From NCBI RefSeq assembly GCF_013004595.1, contig NZ_JABEMC010000002.1, positions 186,001 through 250,000 on the forward strand: a stretch of DNA of 64,000 nt. The letters run 5' to 3'. The translations under genes were made by a program, and so were the position numbers. This stretch comes from Brevibacterium luteolum. Its GTDB lineage: Bacteria > Actinomycetota > Actinomycetes > Actinomycetales > Brevibacteriaceae. Shown piece after piece: positions 10,898-20,689 of this stretch; position 1 is the first letter of the stretch, and every line of letters starts with the position of its first letter. The notes beneath the pieces were generated by a model. That model saw nothing but the letters and a program-made list of their open reading frames with translations. It had not been told where the DNA came from and did not search any database.

Positions 10898-12618
10898 CGA
10901 CGATCGCCGAGCACATCATCCGCACCCTCGCCGACCACGGGGTCGAGCAGTCCTGGGGTGTCGTAGGCGATGCGCTCAATCCGCTGACCGATGCGATCCG
11001 CCGCGACGGGCGGATCCAGTGGATCGGGGTGCGGCACGAGGAAGCTGCCGCCTTCGCCGCTGGCGCCCAGGCTCAGCTGAGCAATCGGATCGGGCTGTGC
11101 ATGGGCACCGTCGGGCCGGGTTCGGTCCACCTGCTCAACGGCCTGTACGACGCGAAGAAGTCCCACGCCCCGGTGCTGGCGATCTGCGGGCAGGTGCCGA
11201 GTGCCGAGGCCGGCAGCGACTACTTCCAGGAGGTCAACAACGACCTGCTGTTTTCCGATGTCGCCGTGTACAACCAGACGATCACCTCCGCTGAGCAGGT
11301 GCCGCACATGCTCGAACAGGCGATCAACACCGCCTACGCCGAATCCGGCGTCGCGGTGCTCACGATCCCCGGCGATCTCGGCACGCTCGACCTCGACGAC
11401 CCAGTCGAACCGGTGCTCGCCGGCCCGCTGCCGGCCGGTGCGCCGGCGGCATCCCAGCTCGATGCGGCAGCTGCCGCGATCAACGACGCGAAGGCCGTCA
11501 CGGTGCTCGCAGGGATCGGCGCGCGGGAATCCCGGGCCGAGGTGCTCGCGCTGTGCGAGACGCTCAACGCGCCGTTGGTCGTCTCCATCAAGGGCAAGGA
11601 TGCGTTCGACGACGACAATCCCTTCAACGTCGGGCAGTCCGGGCTCATCGGCAATCCGGCCGCGGCCGAGGCGTTCGACGGCTGCGATGTGCTGCTCATG
11701 CTCGGCACCGACTTCCCGTACCGCGAGTGGTTCCCCGAGGGCAAAACCGTCATCCAGGTTGACGTGCGCCCGTCCCACATCGGCCGGCGCACCCAGGTGA
11801 ACCTGCCGCTCGTCGGCGATGTCGGTGAGACCCTGCGGGCCCTGCAGCCGAGGCTGCAGCCGAAGAAGGACGACAAACTGCTGACCAAGGTGCAGAAGCG
11901 CTACGCCGACTGGCGCAAGCACCAGGGCATCCTGTCGGACCCCGAGGGCGGCACGGGTTCGATGCTCGAGCGTATCCGCGGGCTGTTCGACAACCCCGAT
12001 GACCGGATCCGCCCGGAGATGGTCGGTGCGCTGCTCGACGAGCTCGCCCCGGCCGACACGGTTTTCACCTCCGATACAGGTATGTCGACGGTGTGGATGT
12101 CGCGCTTCATCAGCATGCGCGATGAGCGCCGGCTGCTCGGCTCGTTCAACCTCGGGTCGATGGCCAATGCGCTGCCGCAGGCCCTCGGCGCACAGGCCCT
12201 CGACCGGAAGCGGCCGGTCGTGGCGATGTGCGGTGACGGCGGGCTCATGATGCTGCTCGGCGATATGCGCACCGCGGTCACCTACGATCTGCCGATCGTC
12301 GCGGTCGTCTTCAACAACTCGCGTCTCGGCATGGTCAAGCTCGAACAGGAGCAGGGCGGGCTGCCGGAGTTCGGCACCGAGCTCGACAACCCGGACTTCT
12401 CCGCCGTCGCCACGGCCATGGGCTGGACCTCCCGCCGGGTGGAGGAGCCCGAGGATCTGGAGGAGTCGCTGCGCTGGGCGTTCGCGCAGAAGTCGCCGGT
12501 GCTCATCGATGTGCTCACCAACCCCGATGAGATCTCCGTGCCGCCGAAGCCGACGGTTGAGCAGGGCTGGGGCTTCGCGATCGCGAAGGTCAAGGAGACC
12601 CTCGAAAGCCGCCGCTGA
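10894..12618 (+). CDS. poxB: Pyruvate oxidase / pyruvate:quinone oxidoreductase (TPP enzyme)
   Basis: VRHEEAAAFAAGA, GPGSVHLLNGLYDA, GSMANALPQALGAQ and the TPP motif GDGG...NN. Confidence 0.85.
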   Translation: MTTIAEHIIRTLADHGVEQSWGVVGDALNPLTDAIRRDGRIQWIGVRHEEAAAFAAGAQAQLSNRIGLCMGTVGPGSVHLLNGLYDAKKSHAPVLAICGQVPSAEAGSDYFQEVNNDLLFSDVAVYNQTITSAEQVPHMLEQAINTAYAESGVAVLTIPGDLGTLDLDDPVEPVLAGPLPAGAPAASQLDAAAAAINDAKAVTVLAGIGARESRAEVLALCETLNAPLVVSIKGKDAFDDDNPFNVGQSGLIGNPAAAEAFDGCDVLLMLGTDFPYREWFPEGKTVIQVDVRPSHIGRRTQVNLPLVGDVGETLRALQPRLQPKKDDKLLTKVQKRYADWRKHQGILSDPEGGTGSMLERIRGLFDNPDDRIRPEMVGALLDELAPADTVFTSDTGMSTVWMSRFISMRDERRLLGSFNLGSMANALPQALGAQALDRKRPVVAMCGDGGLMMLLGDMRTAVTYDLPIVAVVFNNSRLGMVKLEQEQGGLPEFGTELDNPDFSAVATAMGWTSRRVEEPEDLEESLRWAFAQKSPVLIDVLTNPDEISVPPKPTVEQGWGFAIAKVKETLESRR

Positions 12619-12642
12619 CGCACAGTGGTTCGCCGGAGTGAC

Positions 12643-12686
12643 GCACCGGCCCGGCGCCCTGGTCTCACCGAGGCCAGGGCGCCGGT
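12643..12686 (+). terminator. GC-rich hairpin after poxB
   Basis: CCGGCGCCCTGG...CCAGGGCGCCGG inverted repeat between convergent genes. Confidence 0.6.
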
Positions 12687-12705
12687 GTGTGCGGGGACGG
12701 GTGGA

Positions 12706-12816
12706 TCGACGTTGAGTGCCAGATTCAGAGTCCTTGATTCAGCAGTCATCGTCGACGTTTCACCCGATTCATCGACGTTGACTGCAAAATCCAGAACCGA
12801 GGATTCAGCAGTCAGC
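12706..12816. repeat. Two tandem copies of a ~45-bp palindromic (REP/BIME-like) element
   Basis: TCGACGTTGA(G/C)TGC...GATTCAGCAGTCA occurs twice. Related copies lie at 26028-26136. Confidence 0.7.
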
Positions 12817-12852
12817 GCGGGTGGCTGGCGGCACCGCTCAGCCTGGCACCTC

Positions 12853-13314
12853 TCAGCGCGGCACCAGGGTGCCGATCCGTTCGGCGGCGTCCTCCGCCTC
12901 GGGCGTGGTGAACACGATCGCCTTGCCGGCGGTTCGGTGGATGATGAGTGCTGGCCCGTCGCGCAGCACGAAGCCCTTGGCGGTCTTGTTCGACCGCCAT
13001 CCCCAGCCGAGGTAGTCGCCGAGCGGGTCGACGCGAGTGACCTCGACGCCGGTGATGTCCTCGCGCGGAATGATCGCGCGCGGGAATCCCAGGACCGAGG
13101 CGGTGGTCACCCCGGTCTCGTCGATGCGCAGGCGGGCGGCGAAGAGCGGGACGGCGAGGACGATGACGACGATCGTGCAGGCGAGCATGAACCAGCCGAC
13201 CTCCGACCAGAAGGCGATGCTGAGCCCGGCGACCGTGACGACCGAGAGGATGAGGACGCCCAGCGGCAGCGGCGACATGACGGTGGTGGTGCTCCGTGGG
13301 GATGTGTGAGCCAT
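12853..13314 (-). CDS. Membrane protein with PH-like C-terminal region
   Basis: Two TM segments followed by RIDETGV...YLGWGWR...GPALII. Confidence 0.65.
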   Translation of the reverse strand: MAHTSPRSTTTVMSPLPLGVLILSVVTVAGLSIAFWSEVGWFMLACTIVVIVLAVPLFAARLRIDETGVTTASVLGFPRAIIPREDITGVEVTRVDPLGDYLGWGWRSNKTAKGFVLRDGPALIIHRTAGKAIVFTTPEAEDAAERIGTLVPR

Positions 13315-13437
13315 ATCTCCACCATACAGACGCCCGAGGCGCCGGTTCCGAACTCACGGAACCGGCGCCTCGGGGACGGGATCACCAGCTGGAAGACACC
13401 AGCCGGGATTCACCAGCAGAAACTCAAGACCCGAGCC

Positions 13438-15354
13438 TCACACGCGGTGGAGCAGCGGAGCGAAGTGCTCGCCGACGAGCTCGGGACGATCGAGCGGCAG
13501 CACGGCGGAGACGTACTGGTCGGGCCGGACGATGACGACAGCGCCTTCGCGGGAGATCTCGCGCATCGCGAAGATGTCGCCGGCGAGGTGGCGGTCGCTC
13601 TCATGGGTGTCCTGCGGGGCGGTCGCGAAGACCTTCTCCTGGTCGATGAGCTCATAGGGTCCGACCTTCGGGCGGAACACCTCGGGCACGGAGGTGACCT
13701 CGAACTCGTGGTGCGCCTGCTGGTAGACGACCTTGACGTCGAAGAGCGCATCCGGGTCCGCGCCGGCCGGCGTGTGCACGCGCAGCGGCGAGGCAGCGTC
13801 GCCTGCCATCCAGTCCGCCCAGCTGGCGAGCTTCGAATCCGCAGCCCCGGCAGCCGGGGCGTCGGCGAAGACGTAGATGCGCCAGCGGCCATCGGCCCGG
13901 GCGTGGTGGCCCAGGTGCAGCGGCACCGCATCGGCGACGCGGACGACCGGGGCTGACTTGAAGCGCTTGCCCAGCGGGAAGCCCGCGGCCAGCTGCTGGT
14001 GCTCGGCGCTGCCGGTCAGCGGGGCGGAGTCGTACTCGGTCATGAAGCCGGCCGGGAACTCAGCGGTCTTGACGTAGAAGTCGGCGAGGAAGGCGGGGTC
14101 TTCGAACTCGCTGGACTTCTTCGCCATGAGCGTCGACCATTCCTTGTCGAAGTCGATGAGGTTCTGCGCCACCGGCTGGCGCTCCCGCGAGTAGGAGCGC
14201 AGCAGCGACTCCGGGGCCAGGCCGGAGAGCACGTGGCCGAGCTTCCAAGCGATGTTGAACCCATCCTGCATGGAGACGTTCATGCCCTGTCCGGCCTTCG
14301 CCGAGTGGGTGTGGCAGGCGTCGCCGGTGATGAAGACGCGCGGAGTGCGCTCATCGCCGTCGTCGATGTCGTCGAACCGGTCGGTGACCCGGTGGCCGAC
14401 CTCGTAGACGGAGTACCAGGCGACGTTCTTGACGTCGAGGGAGTACGGGTGGATGATCGCGTTCGCCTTGGCGATCGTGTCCTCGACGGTGGTCTTGCGG
14501 ATCGCACCGGCGTCCTCGGGTGAGACCTCGCCCAAGTCGACGTACATGCGGAACAGGTAGCCACCCTCGCGCGGAATGTGGAGGATGTTGCCGCCGGAGC
14601 TCGACTGGATCGCGCATTTCGTGCGGATGTCGGGGAAGTCGGTGACGGCGAGCACGTCCATCACGCCCCAAGCGTGGAAGGCCTGGTCACCCTGCGGTTT
14701 GCGGCCGATCGCCTTGCGCACCTGCGAGTGCGCGCCGTCGCAACCGACGACGTATTTCGCACGCACCGTGCGGGTGCTGCCCTCATCGGGTCCGGTGGTG
14801 CGGCGCAGCTCGACGGCGACCGGGTGCTCCTGGGCGTCATCGCGGGACAGGCCGAGCATCTCCCAGCCGTAGTCGGGCTTCATGCGCGCCGGCGAGTTGT
14901 GCATGAACGCCGCGAAGTGGTCCTGGATGCGGGCCTGGTTGACGATGAGGTGCGGGAACTCGGAGATTCCGTGCGGGTCATCGGCCGGCCGTGACTGACG
15001 CACGATGTTCTCCGGGTTGTCCGGGTCCGGGCCCCAGAAGCACATCTCGGTGATCCGGTAGGCCTCGTCGATGAGCCGGTTGGCGAACCCGAAGGCCTGG
15101 AAGGTCTCGACGCTGCGCGCCTGGATGCCGTCGGCCTGCCCGATCTCCAGCCGCTGCGGGCGACGTTCGATGATCCGGGTGTGGACGTCGGGGAACTGTG
15201 CGAGCTGGGCGGCGGTGATCATGCCGGCCGGCCCGGTGCCGACGATGAGCACGTCCATCTCTTCGGGCAGCTCCTCGGGCCGGTCGAGGCCGATGCCGGC
15301 TGCCGGTTCGATCAGCGGGTCGTGGGTGACGTATCCATGGTGGTGGAATTGCAT
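13438..15354 (-). CDS. Single-component FAD-dependent aromatic hydroxylase (phenol 2-monooxygenase / MobA-like)
   Basis: Starts MQFHHHGY after RBS AAGGAG. VLIVGTGPAG, VGCDGAHS and GDACHTHSAKAGQGMNVSMQDGFN motifs. Divergent from the hpa operon. Confidence 0.85.
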   Translation of the reverse strand: MQFHHHGYVTHDPLIEPAAGIGLDRPEELPEEMDVLIVGTGPAGMITAAQLAQFPDVHTRIIERRPQRLEIGQADGIQARSVETFQAFGFANRLIDEAYRITEMCFWGPDPDNPENIVRQSRPADDPHGISEFPHLIVNQARIQDHFAAFMHNSPARMKPDYGWEMLGLSRDDAQEHPVAVELRRTTGPDEGSTRTVRAKYVVGCDGAHSQVRKAIGRKPQGDQAFHAWGVMDVLAVTDFPDIRTKCAIQSSSGGNILHIPREGGYLFRMYVDLGEVSPEDAGAIRKTTVEDTIAKANAIIHPYSLDVKNVAWYSVYEVGHRVTDRFDDIDDGDERTPRVFITGDACHTHSAKAGQGMNVSMQDGFNIAWKLGHVLSGLAPESLLRSYSRERQPVAQNLIDFDKEWSTLMAKKSSEFEDPAFLADFYVKTAEFPAGFMTEYDSAPLTGSAEHQQLAAGFPLGKRFKSAPVVRVADAVPLHLGHHARADGRWRIYVFADAPAAGAADSKLASWADWMAGDAASPLRVHTPAGADPDALFDVKVVYQQAHHEFEVTSVPEVFRPKVGPYELIDQEKVFATAPQDTHESDRHLAGDIFAMREISREGAVVIVRPDQYVSAVLPLDRPELVGEHFAPLLHRV

Positions 15355-15552
15355 CTGAGGCTCCTTTGGCTTCGCGCGGCTCAGCGGCCGGCAGTTCCCC
15401 GGCGGTCGGTGTACATGAACGCTCCTTATACGTCTCTCCAGACCGCACAAGCGCCGAGTTCTCGTCGACCCGGCGGCGCGGCCAGGCGGTGCGGCCAGGC
15501 AGTGCAGCCAGGCGCGGCTGCAGAGTATGCGCTGCGGAATATTCGCGGTCTG

Positions 15553-15619
15553 GGTGAGGGTGCTCACAGTGATAGATGAAAAGATATATGATTTCAGATA
15601 TTGTGTAAAGCAGATCACA
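15553..15619. promoter_or_regulatory. Divergent hpa promoter with two CRP/GlxR-like sites and an AT-rich palindrome
   Basis: GGTGA-N6-TCACA (15553-15568), ATATATGA-TT-TCAGATAT (15584-15601) and TGTAA-N6-TCACA (15604-15619). Confidence 0.55.
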
Positions 15620-15680
15620 TCCGAAGCCGTTTCAGAGACCTGCCTCACAGGCAGTATCACCAACAGAAAGCAAGGAGCCC

Positions 15681-17180
15681 ATGGACACCGACGCCGCGAC
15701 GAACAAACGCACTGCCGCGCTGCCCCAGGTGCCCGGCAAGATCATCGCCGTCCACCTCAGCTACGAGTCCCGCGTCGCCCAGCGCGGCCGCAAACCGTCC
15801 AGCCCCTCGTACTTCATCAAGCCGCTGAGCTCGGTAGCCGCCTCCGGTGACCCGGCAGGCGCTGAGGTCGCCCGCCCGGCCGGCACCGAGCTGCTCGCCT
15901 ACGAAGGCGAGATCGCCCTCATCATCGGCACGCCTGCCCAGCGGGTGAACCCCGCCGATGCCTGGTCGCACGTCGGCTGGGTGACCGCGGCCAACGACTG
16001 GGGCCTGTACGATCTGCGCTCCAACGACAAGGGCTCGAACCTGCGCAATAAGGGCCGCGACGGCTACACGCCGCTCGGCCCCGGCCTCATCACCGCCGCC
16101 GAGGTGTCCCCTGAGCAGCTGCGCGTGCGCACCTGGCACAACGGGAACCTCGTGCAGGAGGACACCGGTGCCGGCATGTTCTTCCCCTTCGCCCAGCTCA
16201 TCGCCGACCTGTCCCAGCACGTGACCCTGGAGACCGGCGACATCATCCTCACCGGCACCCCAGCCGGCTCCTCGGTCGCCGAACCCGGCGACGTCATCGA
16301 GATCGAGGTCGACGCTCCCGATGCGGCAGGCGCACCGTCGACCGGCCGGCTGGTCAGCACCGTCGTCGAGGGCCCGGGTGACTTCGATGCCGCGATCGGC
16401 TCGCTGCCGAAGGTCGATGACACCCAGCGTGAGGAGGCCTATGGCTCCCGTGAGGCCGCCGGTTTGGATCCGCACCCGGCCTTGACCGCTGAGCTGCGCG
16501 CCAAGCTCGCTGAGATCCCGGTCGCCGGGCTGTCCCAGCAGCTGCGCCAGCGCGGGCTGAACAATGTCACCATCGACGGGGTGCGCTCCAACCGGCCGGG
16601 CGCCAAGATCGTCGGCACCGCCAAGACCCTGCGCTTCATCGCCGGGCGCGAGGACCTGTTCACGAGCCACGGCGGCGGCTTCAACGCCCAGAAGCGCTGC
16701 TTCGACACCGTCGGCGAAGGCGAGGTCATCGTCATCGAGGCCCGCGGCGAGACCGGCTCGGGCACCCTCGGCGACATCCTCGCCCTGCGCGCCAAGACCC
16801 GCGGTGCCGCCGGCATCATCACCGACGGCGGCGTGCGCGACTACGCCGCCGTCGCCGACATCGACATCCCGGTCTTCTCCCAGGGTGCACACCCTGCCGT
16901 GCTCGGCCGCCGCCACGTGCCGTGGGACACCGACCTGACGATCAGCTGCGGCGGCACCGTCGTGCAGCCCGGCGACATCATCGTCGCCGATGACGACGGC
17001 GCCATCGTCATCCCCCCGGCCCTGGCCGAGGAGGTCGCCGAGGCGGCAGCGAAGAAGGAGACCGAGGACGCCTGGGTCTTCGAGCAGGTCGCCGACGGCC
17101 ACCCGGTCGACGGACTGTTCCCGATGAACAAGGACTGGCGCGCGAAGTACGAAGCCGACCAGCAGGCTGGCCGGTCATGA
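15681..17180 (+). CDS. Fumarylacetoacetate-hydrolase (HpaG-like) domain fused to an RraA/HMG-aldolase-like domain
   Basis: N-terminal YEGEIALIIG and GDIILTGTPAG. C-terminal GIITDGGVRD and PGDIIVADDDG. Confidence 0.8.
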   Translation: MDTDAATNKRTAALPQVPGKIIAVHLSYESRVAQRGRKPSSPSYFIKPLSSVAASGDPAGAEVARPAGTELLAYEGEIALIIGTPAQRVNPADAWSHVGWVTAANDWGLYDLRSNDKGSNLRNKGRDGYTPLGPGLITAAEVSPEQLRVRTWHNGNLVQEDTGAGMFFPFAQLIADLSQHVTLETGDIILTGTPAGSSVAEPGDVIEIEVDAPDAAGAPSTGRLVSTVVEGPGDFDAAIGSLPKVDDTQREEAYGSREAAGLDPHPALTAELRAKLAEIPVAGLSQQLRQRGLNNVTIDGVRSNRPGAKIVGTAKTLRFIAGREDLFTSHGGGFNAQKRCFDTVGEGEVIVIEARGETGSGTLGDILALRAKTRGAAGIITDGGVRDYAAVADIDIPVFSQGAHPAVLGRRHVPWDTDLTISCGGTVVQPGDIIVADDDGAIVIPPALAEEVAEAAAKKETEDAWVFEQVADGHPVDGLFPMNKDWRAKYEADQQAGRS

Positions 17181-17941
17181 GCCGCCAGCCAGCCACCGCC
17201 TCGGCGACGGCGAGCCCACCGGAGGTCGAGACGACCGTCGTAGCCTCGAAGTCGCAGCGGGCCTACGACTGGATCCGCGAACGGATCCTGTCAAAGGAGT
17301 TCGGCTCCGGGTACCGCCTCGTCCTCGCGCCGATCGCCGAACAGTTGCAGATGAGTGCGATCCCGGTGCGCGAGGCGATCCGGCGGCTCGAGGCCGAGGG
17401 CCTCGTCGAATACGACCGCAACGTCGGCGCCCGTGTCGCGCTCGTCGACGAGCAGGCCTACCTCGATGCGATGCAGACCCTCGGCGTGGTCGAAGGCTAT
17501 GCGACCGCGCTGTCGGCGCCGCTGCTCGATGCGGCTGCCCTCGATGAGGCCGAGGCGATCAACGAGCGGATGCGTTCGCTGCTCGACCGGCTCGACCCCA
17601 ACTACTTCACGCAGCTGAACAAGGAATTCCACTCCGTGCTGTTCAGGGCGTGTCCCAACCCGCTCGTCCTCGAGCAGGTGCACCGCTGCTGGACGCGGAT
17701 GTCGGGACTGCGCGATTCGACGTTCACGTTCGTGCCCGGCCGGGCCGAGGAGTCGGTCGTCGAGCATGCGCAGATCCTCGGGCTCATCCGCGACGGAGCC
17801 GAGCCCATCGACATCGAGCTCGCCGCCCGCAACCACCGCCACCGGACCCTGCAGGCGTTCCTCGACCGCAATCCCGCCACCTCGCCGACCGGGCCGGCAG
17901 CCGACCGGCAACCGGCCACCACTGACCACCTGCCCACCTGA
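17177..17941 (+). CDS. GntR/FCD transcriptional regulator
   Basis: HTH SAIPVREAIRRLEAEGLV plus a C-terminal FCD-like domain. Confidence 0.9.
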   Translation: MSRQPATASATASPPEVETTVVASKSQRAYDWIRERILSKEFGSGYRLVLAPIAEQLQMSAIPVREAIRRLEAEGLVEYDRNVGARVALVDEQAYLDAMQTLGVVEGYATALSAPLLDAAALDEAEAINERMRSLLDRLDPNYFTQLNKEFHSVLFRACPNPLVLEQVHRCWTRMSGLRDSTFTFVPGRAEESVVEHAQILGLIRDGAEPIDIELAARNHRHRTLQAFLDRNPATSPTGPAADRQPATTDHLPT

Positions 17942-18017
17942 TCGCATCTGCCCACCTGATCCGTTTCACCCACTGACTGCGTCCGGCCCTGGGCGCACCG
18001 ACACTCGGAGGGAATCC

Positions 18018-19547
18018 ATGACGAACACTGACACCCCGAACCAGGCATCGCTGAGCGAGCGCCACGTGCCGGCTGATCTGCCCGAGCGGATCCAGCACTA
18101 CATCAACGGCGAGTTCGTCGACTCGCTCGACGGCAGCACCTTCGACGTCCTCGAACCGGTGTCGAACGAGACCTACGTGCAGGCCGCCGCCGGCAAGAAG
18201 GCCGACATCGACCGTGCCGTCGAGGCCGCCCGGAATGCCTTCACCGAGGGCCCGTGGCCCAAGATGCTGCCGCGTGAGCGCTCGCGCGTGCTGCACCGCA
18301 TCGCCGACATCGTCGAGACCCGCGGCGACCGGCTGGCCGAACTGGAGTCCTTCGACTCCGGTCTGCCGATCTCCCAGGCGCTCGGCCAGGCCCGCCGCGC
18401 GGCCGAGAACTTCCGGTTCTTCGCCGACCTCATCGTCGCCCAGACCGATGACACCTTCAAGGTCCCCGGCCGCCAGATCAACTACGTCAACCGCAAGCCG
18501 ATCGGTGTTGCCGGCCTCATCACCCCGTGGAACACCCCGTTCATGCTCGAGTCCTGGAAGCTCGGCCCGGCGCTGGCCACCGGCAACACCGTCGTGCTCA
18601 AGCCGGCGGAGTTCACCCCGCTCTCGGCCTCGCTGTGGGCTGGGATCTTCGAGGAGGCGGAGCTGCCGGCCGGTGTGTTCAACCTCGTCAACGGTATGGG
18701 CGAGGACGCCGGCGATGCGCTCGTCAAGCACCCGGACGTCCCGCTCATCTCCTTCACGGGTGAGTCGAAGACCGGCCAGCTGATCTTCGCCAATGCAGCC
18801 CCCTACCTCAAGGGCCTGTCGATGGAGCTCGGCGGCAAGTCCCCGGCCATCGTCTTCGACGACGCCGACCTCGACGGCGCTGTCGACGCCTGCGTCTTCG
18901 GCGTGTTCTCCCTCAACGGCGAGCGCTGCACGGCCGGTTCGCGCATCCTCGTCCAGCGCAGCATCTACGACGAGTTCGTCGAGAAGTACGCCGCTCAGGC
19001 CAAGCGCGTCAAGGTCGGCTACCCGCACGATCCGAAGACCGAAGTCGGCGCGCTCGTGCACCCGGAGCACTTCGAGAAGGTTATGAGCTACGTCGAGATC
19101 GGCAAGACCGAGGCGAAGCTCGCCGCCGGCGGCGGCCGCCCGGAGGGCTTCGAGTTCGGCAACTTCGTCGCCCCGACCGTGTTCGTCGACGTCCCGCCGA
19201 CCGCCCGGATCTTCCAGGAGGAGATCTTCGGCCCCGTCGTCGCGATCACCCCGTTCGACACCGAGGAGGAGGCGCTCGAGCTGGCCAACAACACGAAGTA
19301 CGGCCTGGCCGCCTACGTGTGGACCAACGACCTCAAGCGCGCCCACAACTTCGCCCAGGCCGTCGAGTCGGGCATGGTGTGGCTGAATTCCAACAACGTC
19401 CGCGACCTGCGCACGCCCTTCGGCGGCGTCAAGGCCTCCGGACTCGGCCACGAGGGAGGCTACCGCTCGATCGACTTCTACACCGATCAGCAGGCCGTGC
19501 ACATCAACCTCGGCAAGGTACACAACCCGTCATTCGGCAAGCAGTGA
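18018..19547 (+). CDS. hpaE: 5-carboxymethyl-2-hydroxymuconate semialdehyde dehydrogenase
   Basis: ALDH motifs ITPWNTPF, MELGGKSP, FSLNGERCTAGSR and EEIFGPV, in hpa context. Confidence 0.9.
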   Translation: MTNTDTPNQASLSERHVPADLPERIQHYINGEFVDSLDGSTFDVLEPVSNETYVQAAAGKKADIDRAVEAARNAFTEGPWPKMLPRERSRVLHRIADIVETRGDRLAELESFDSGLPISQALGQARRAAENFRFFADLIVAQTDDTFKVPGRQINYVNRKPIGVAGLITPWNTPFMLESWKLGPALATGNTVVLKPAEFTPLSASLWAGIFEEAELPAGVFNLVNGMGEDAGDALVKHPDVPLISFTGESKTGQLIFANAAPYLKGLSMELGGKSPAIVFDDADLDGAVDACVFGVFSLNGERCTAGSRILVQRSIYDEFVEKYAAQAKRVKVGYPHDPKTEVGALVHPEHFEKVMSYVEIGKTEAKLAAGGGRPEGFEFGNFVAPTVFVDVPPTARIFQEEIFGPVVAITPFDTEEEALELANNTKYGLAAYVWTNDLKRAHNFAQAVESGMVWLNSNNVRDLRTPFGGVKASGLGHEGGYRSIDFYTDQQAVHINLGKVHNPSFGKQ

Positions 19548-19576
19548 GCGCTCCGCGCAAGAAGTAGGGAACCGTC

Positions 19577-20689
19577 ATGACCACCACACCACCGCCCGCC
19601 AACCCGATTCCGACCCCGCAGGCCCCGGCACCCGATGTGCTGCGCTGCGCGTACATGGAGATCCAGGTCACCGACCTTCAGCGCTCACGCGACTTCTACG
19701 TCGACGTGCTCGGGCTCGTCGTCACCGCAGAGGACGACAACGCCATCTACCTGCGCTCCTTCGAGGAGTTCATCCACCACAACCTCGTGCTGCGCAAGGG
19801 CGACGTCGCCGCGGTCGCCGCGTTCTCCTACCGGGTCCGCACCCCGGAAGACGTCGACCGCGCCGAGGCGTACTTCACCGAGCTCGGCTGCCGCGTCGAG
19901 CGCCGCCGGGACGGCTTCGTCAAGGGCATCGGAGACTCGGTGCGCGTCGAGGATCCGCTGGGCTTCCCGTACGAGTTCTTCTACGACGTCGAGCACGTCG
20001 AGCGCCTGGCCTGGCGCTACGACCTCTACACGCCTGGCGCGCTCGTCCGCCTCGACCACTTCAACCAGGTCACCCCGGACGTGCCGCGGGCGGTGAAGTA
20101 CATGGACGACCTCGGCTTCCGCACCACCGAGGACATCCGCGACTCCGAGGGCACCGTCTACGCCGCCTGGATGCGCCGCAAGCCGACCGTCCACGACACC
20201 GCGATGACCGGCGGCGACGGCCCGCGCATGCACCACGTCGCCTTCGCCACGCACGAAAAGCACAACATCCTCGCCATCTGCGACAAGCTCGGAGCGCTGC
20301 GTCTGTCGGACCACATCGAGCGCGGTCCCGGCCGTCACGGCGTGTCGAACGCCTTCTACCTCTACCTGCGCGACCCCGACGGCCACCGTGTGGAGATCTA
20401 CACGCAGGACTACTACACCGGCGACCCGGACAACCCGGTCGTCACCTGGGACGTCCACGACAACCAGCGCCGCGACTGGTGGGGCACCCCGGTCGTGCCG
20501 AGCTGGTACACCGACGCCTCCCTCGTCCTCGACCTCGACGGCAAGCCCCAGCCGCTCGTGTCCCGTAAGGACGATTCGGAGATGGAGGTCACCATCGGCG
20601 CCGACGGGTTCTCCTACACTCGGGACAACGACGAGGATTCGATGCCGGAGTGGAAGCAGGGCGAATACAAGCTCGGCCACCAGCTCTGA
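19577..20689 (+). CDS. hpaD: 3,4-dihydroxyphenylacetate (homoprotocatechuate) 2,3-dioxygenase
   Basis: RLDHFN, HHVAF and ERGPGRHGVSNAFYLYLRDPDGHRVEIY motifs. Closely resembles actinobacterial HPCD/MndD. Confidence 0.93.
   Translation: MTTTPPPANPIPTPQAPAPDVLRCAYMEIQVTDLQRSRDFYVDVLGLVVTAEDDNAIYLRSFEEFIHHNLVLRKGDVAAVAAFSYRVRTPEDVDRAEAYFTELGCRVERRRDGFVKGIGDSVRVEDPLGFPYEFFYDVEHVERLAWRYDLYTPGALVRLDHFNQVTPDVPRAVKYMDDLGFRTTEDIRDSEGTVYAAWMRRKPTVHDTAMTGGDGPRMHHVAFATHEKHNILAICDKLGALRLSDHIERGPGRHGVSNAFYLYLRDPDGHRVEIYTQDYYTGDPDNPVVTWDVHDNQRRDWWGTPVVPSWYTDASLVLDLDGKPQPLVSRKDDSEMEVTIGADGFSYTRDNDEDSMPEWKQGEYKLGHQL

Noticed and set aside
15355..15663. 103-aa N-terminal extension of the hydroxylase in the ORF track
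   Set aside because: It spans the divergent promoter. The RBS and family-like N-terminus place the start at 15354.
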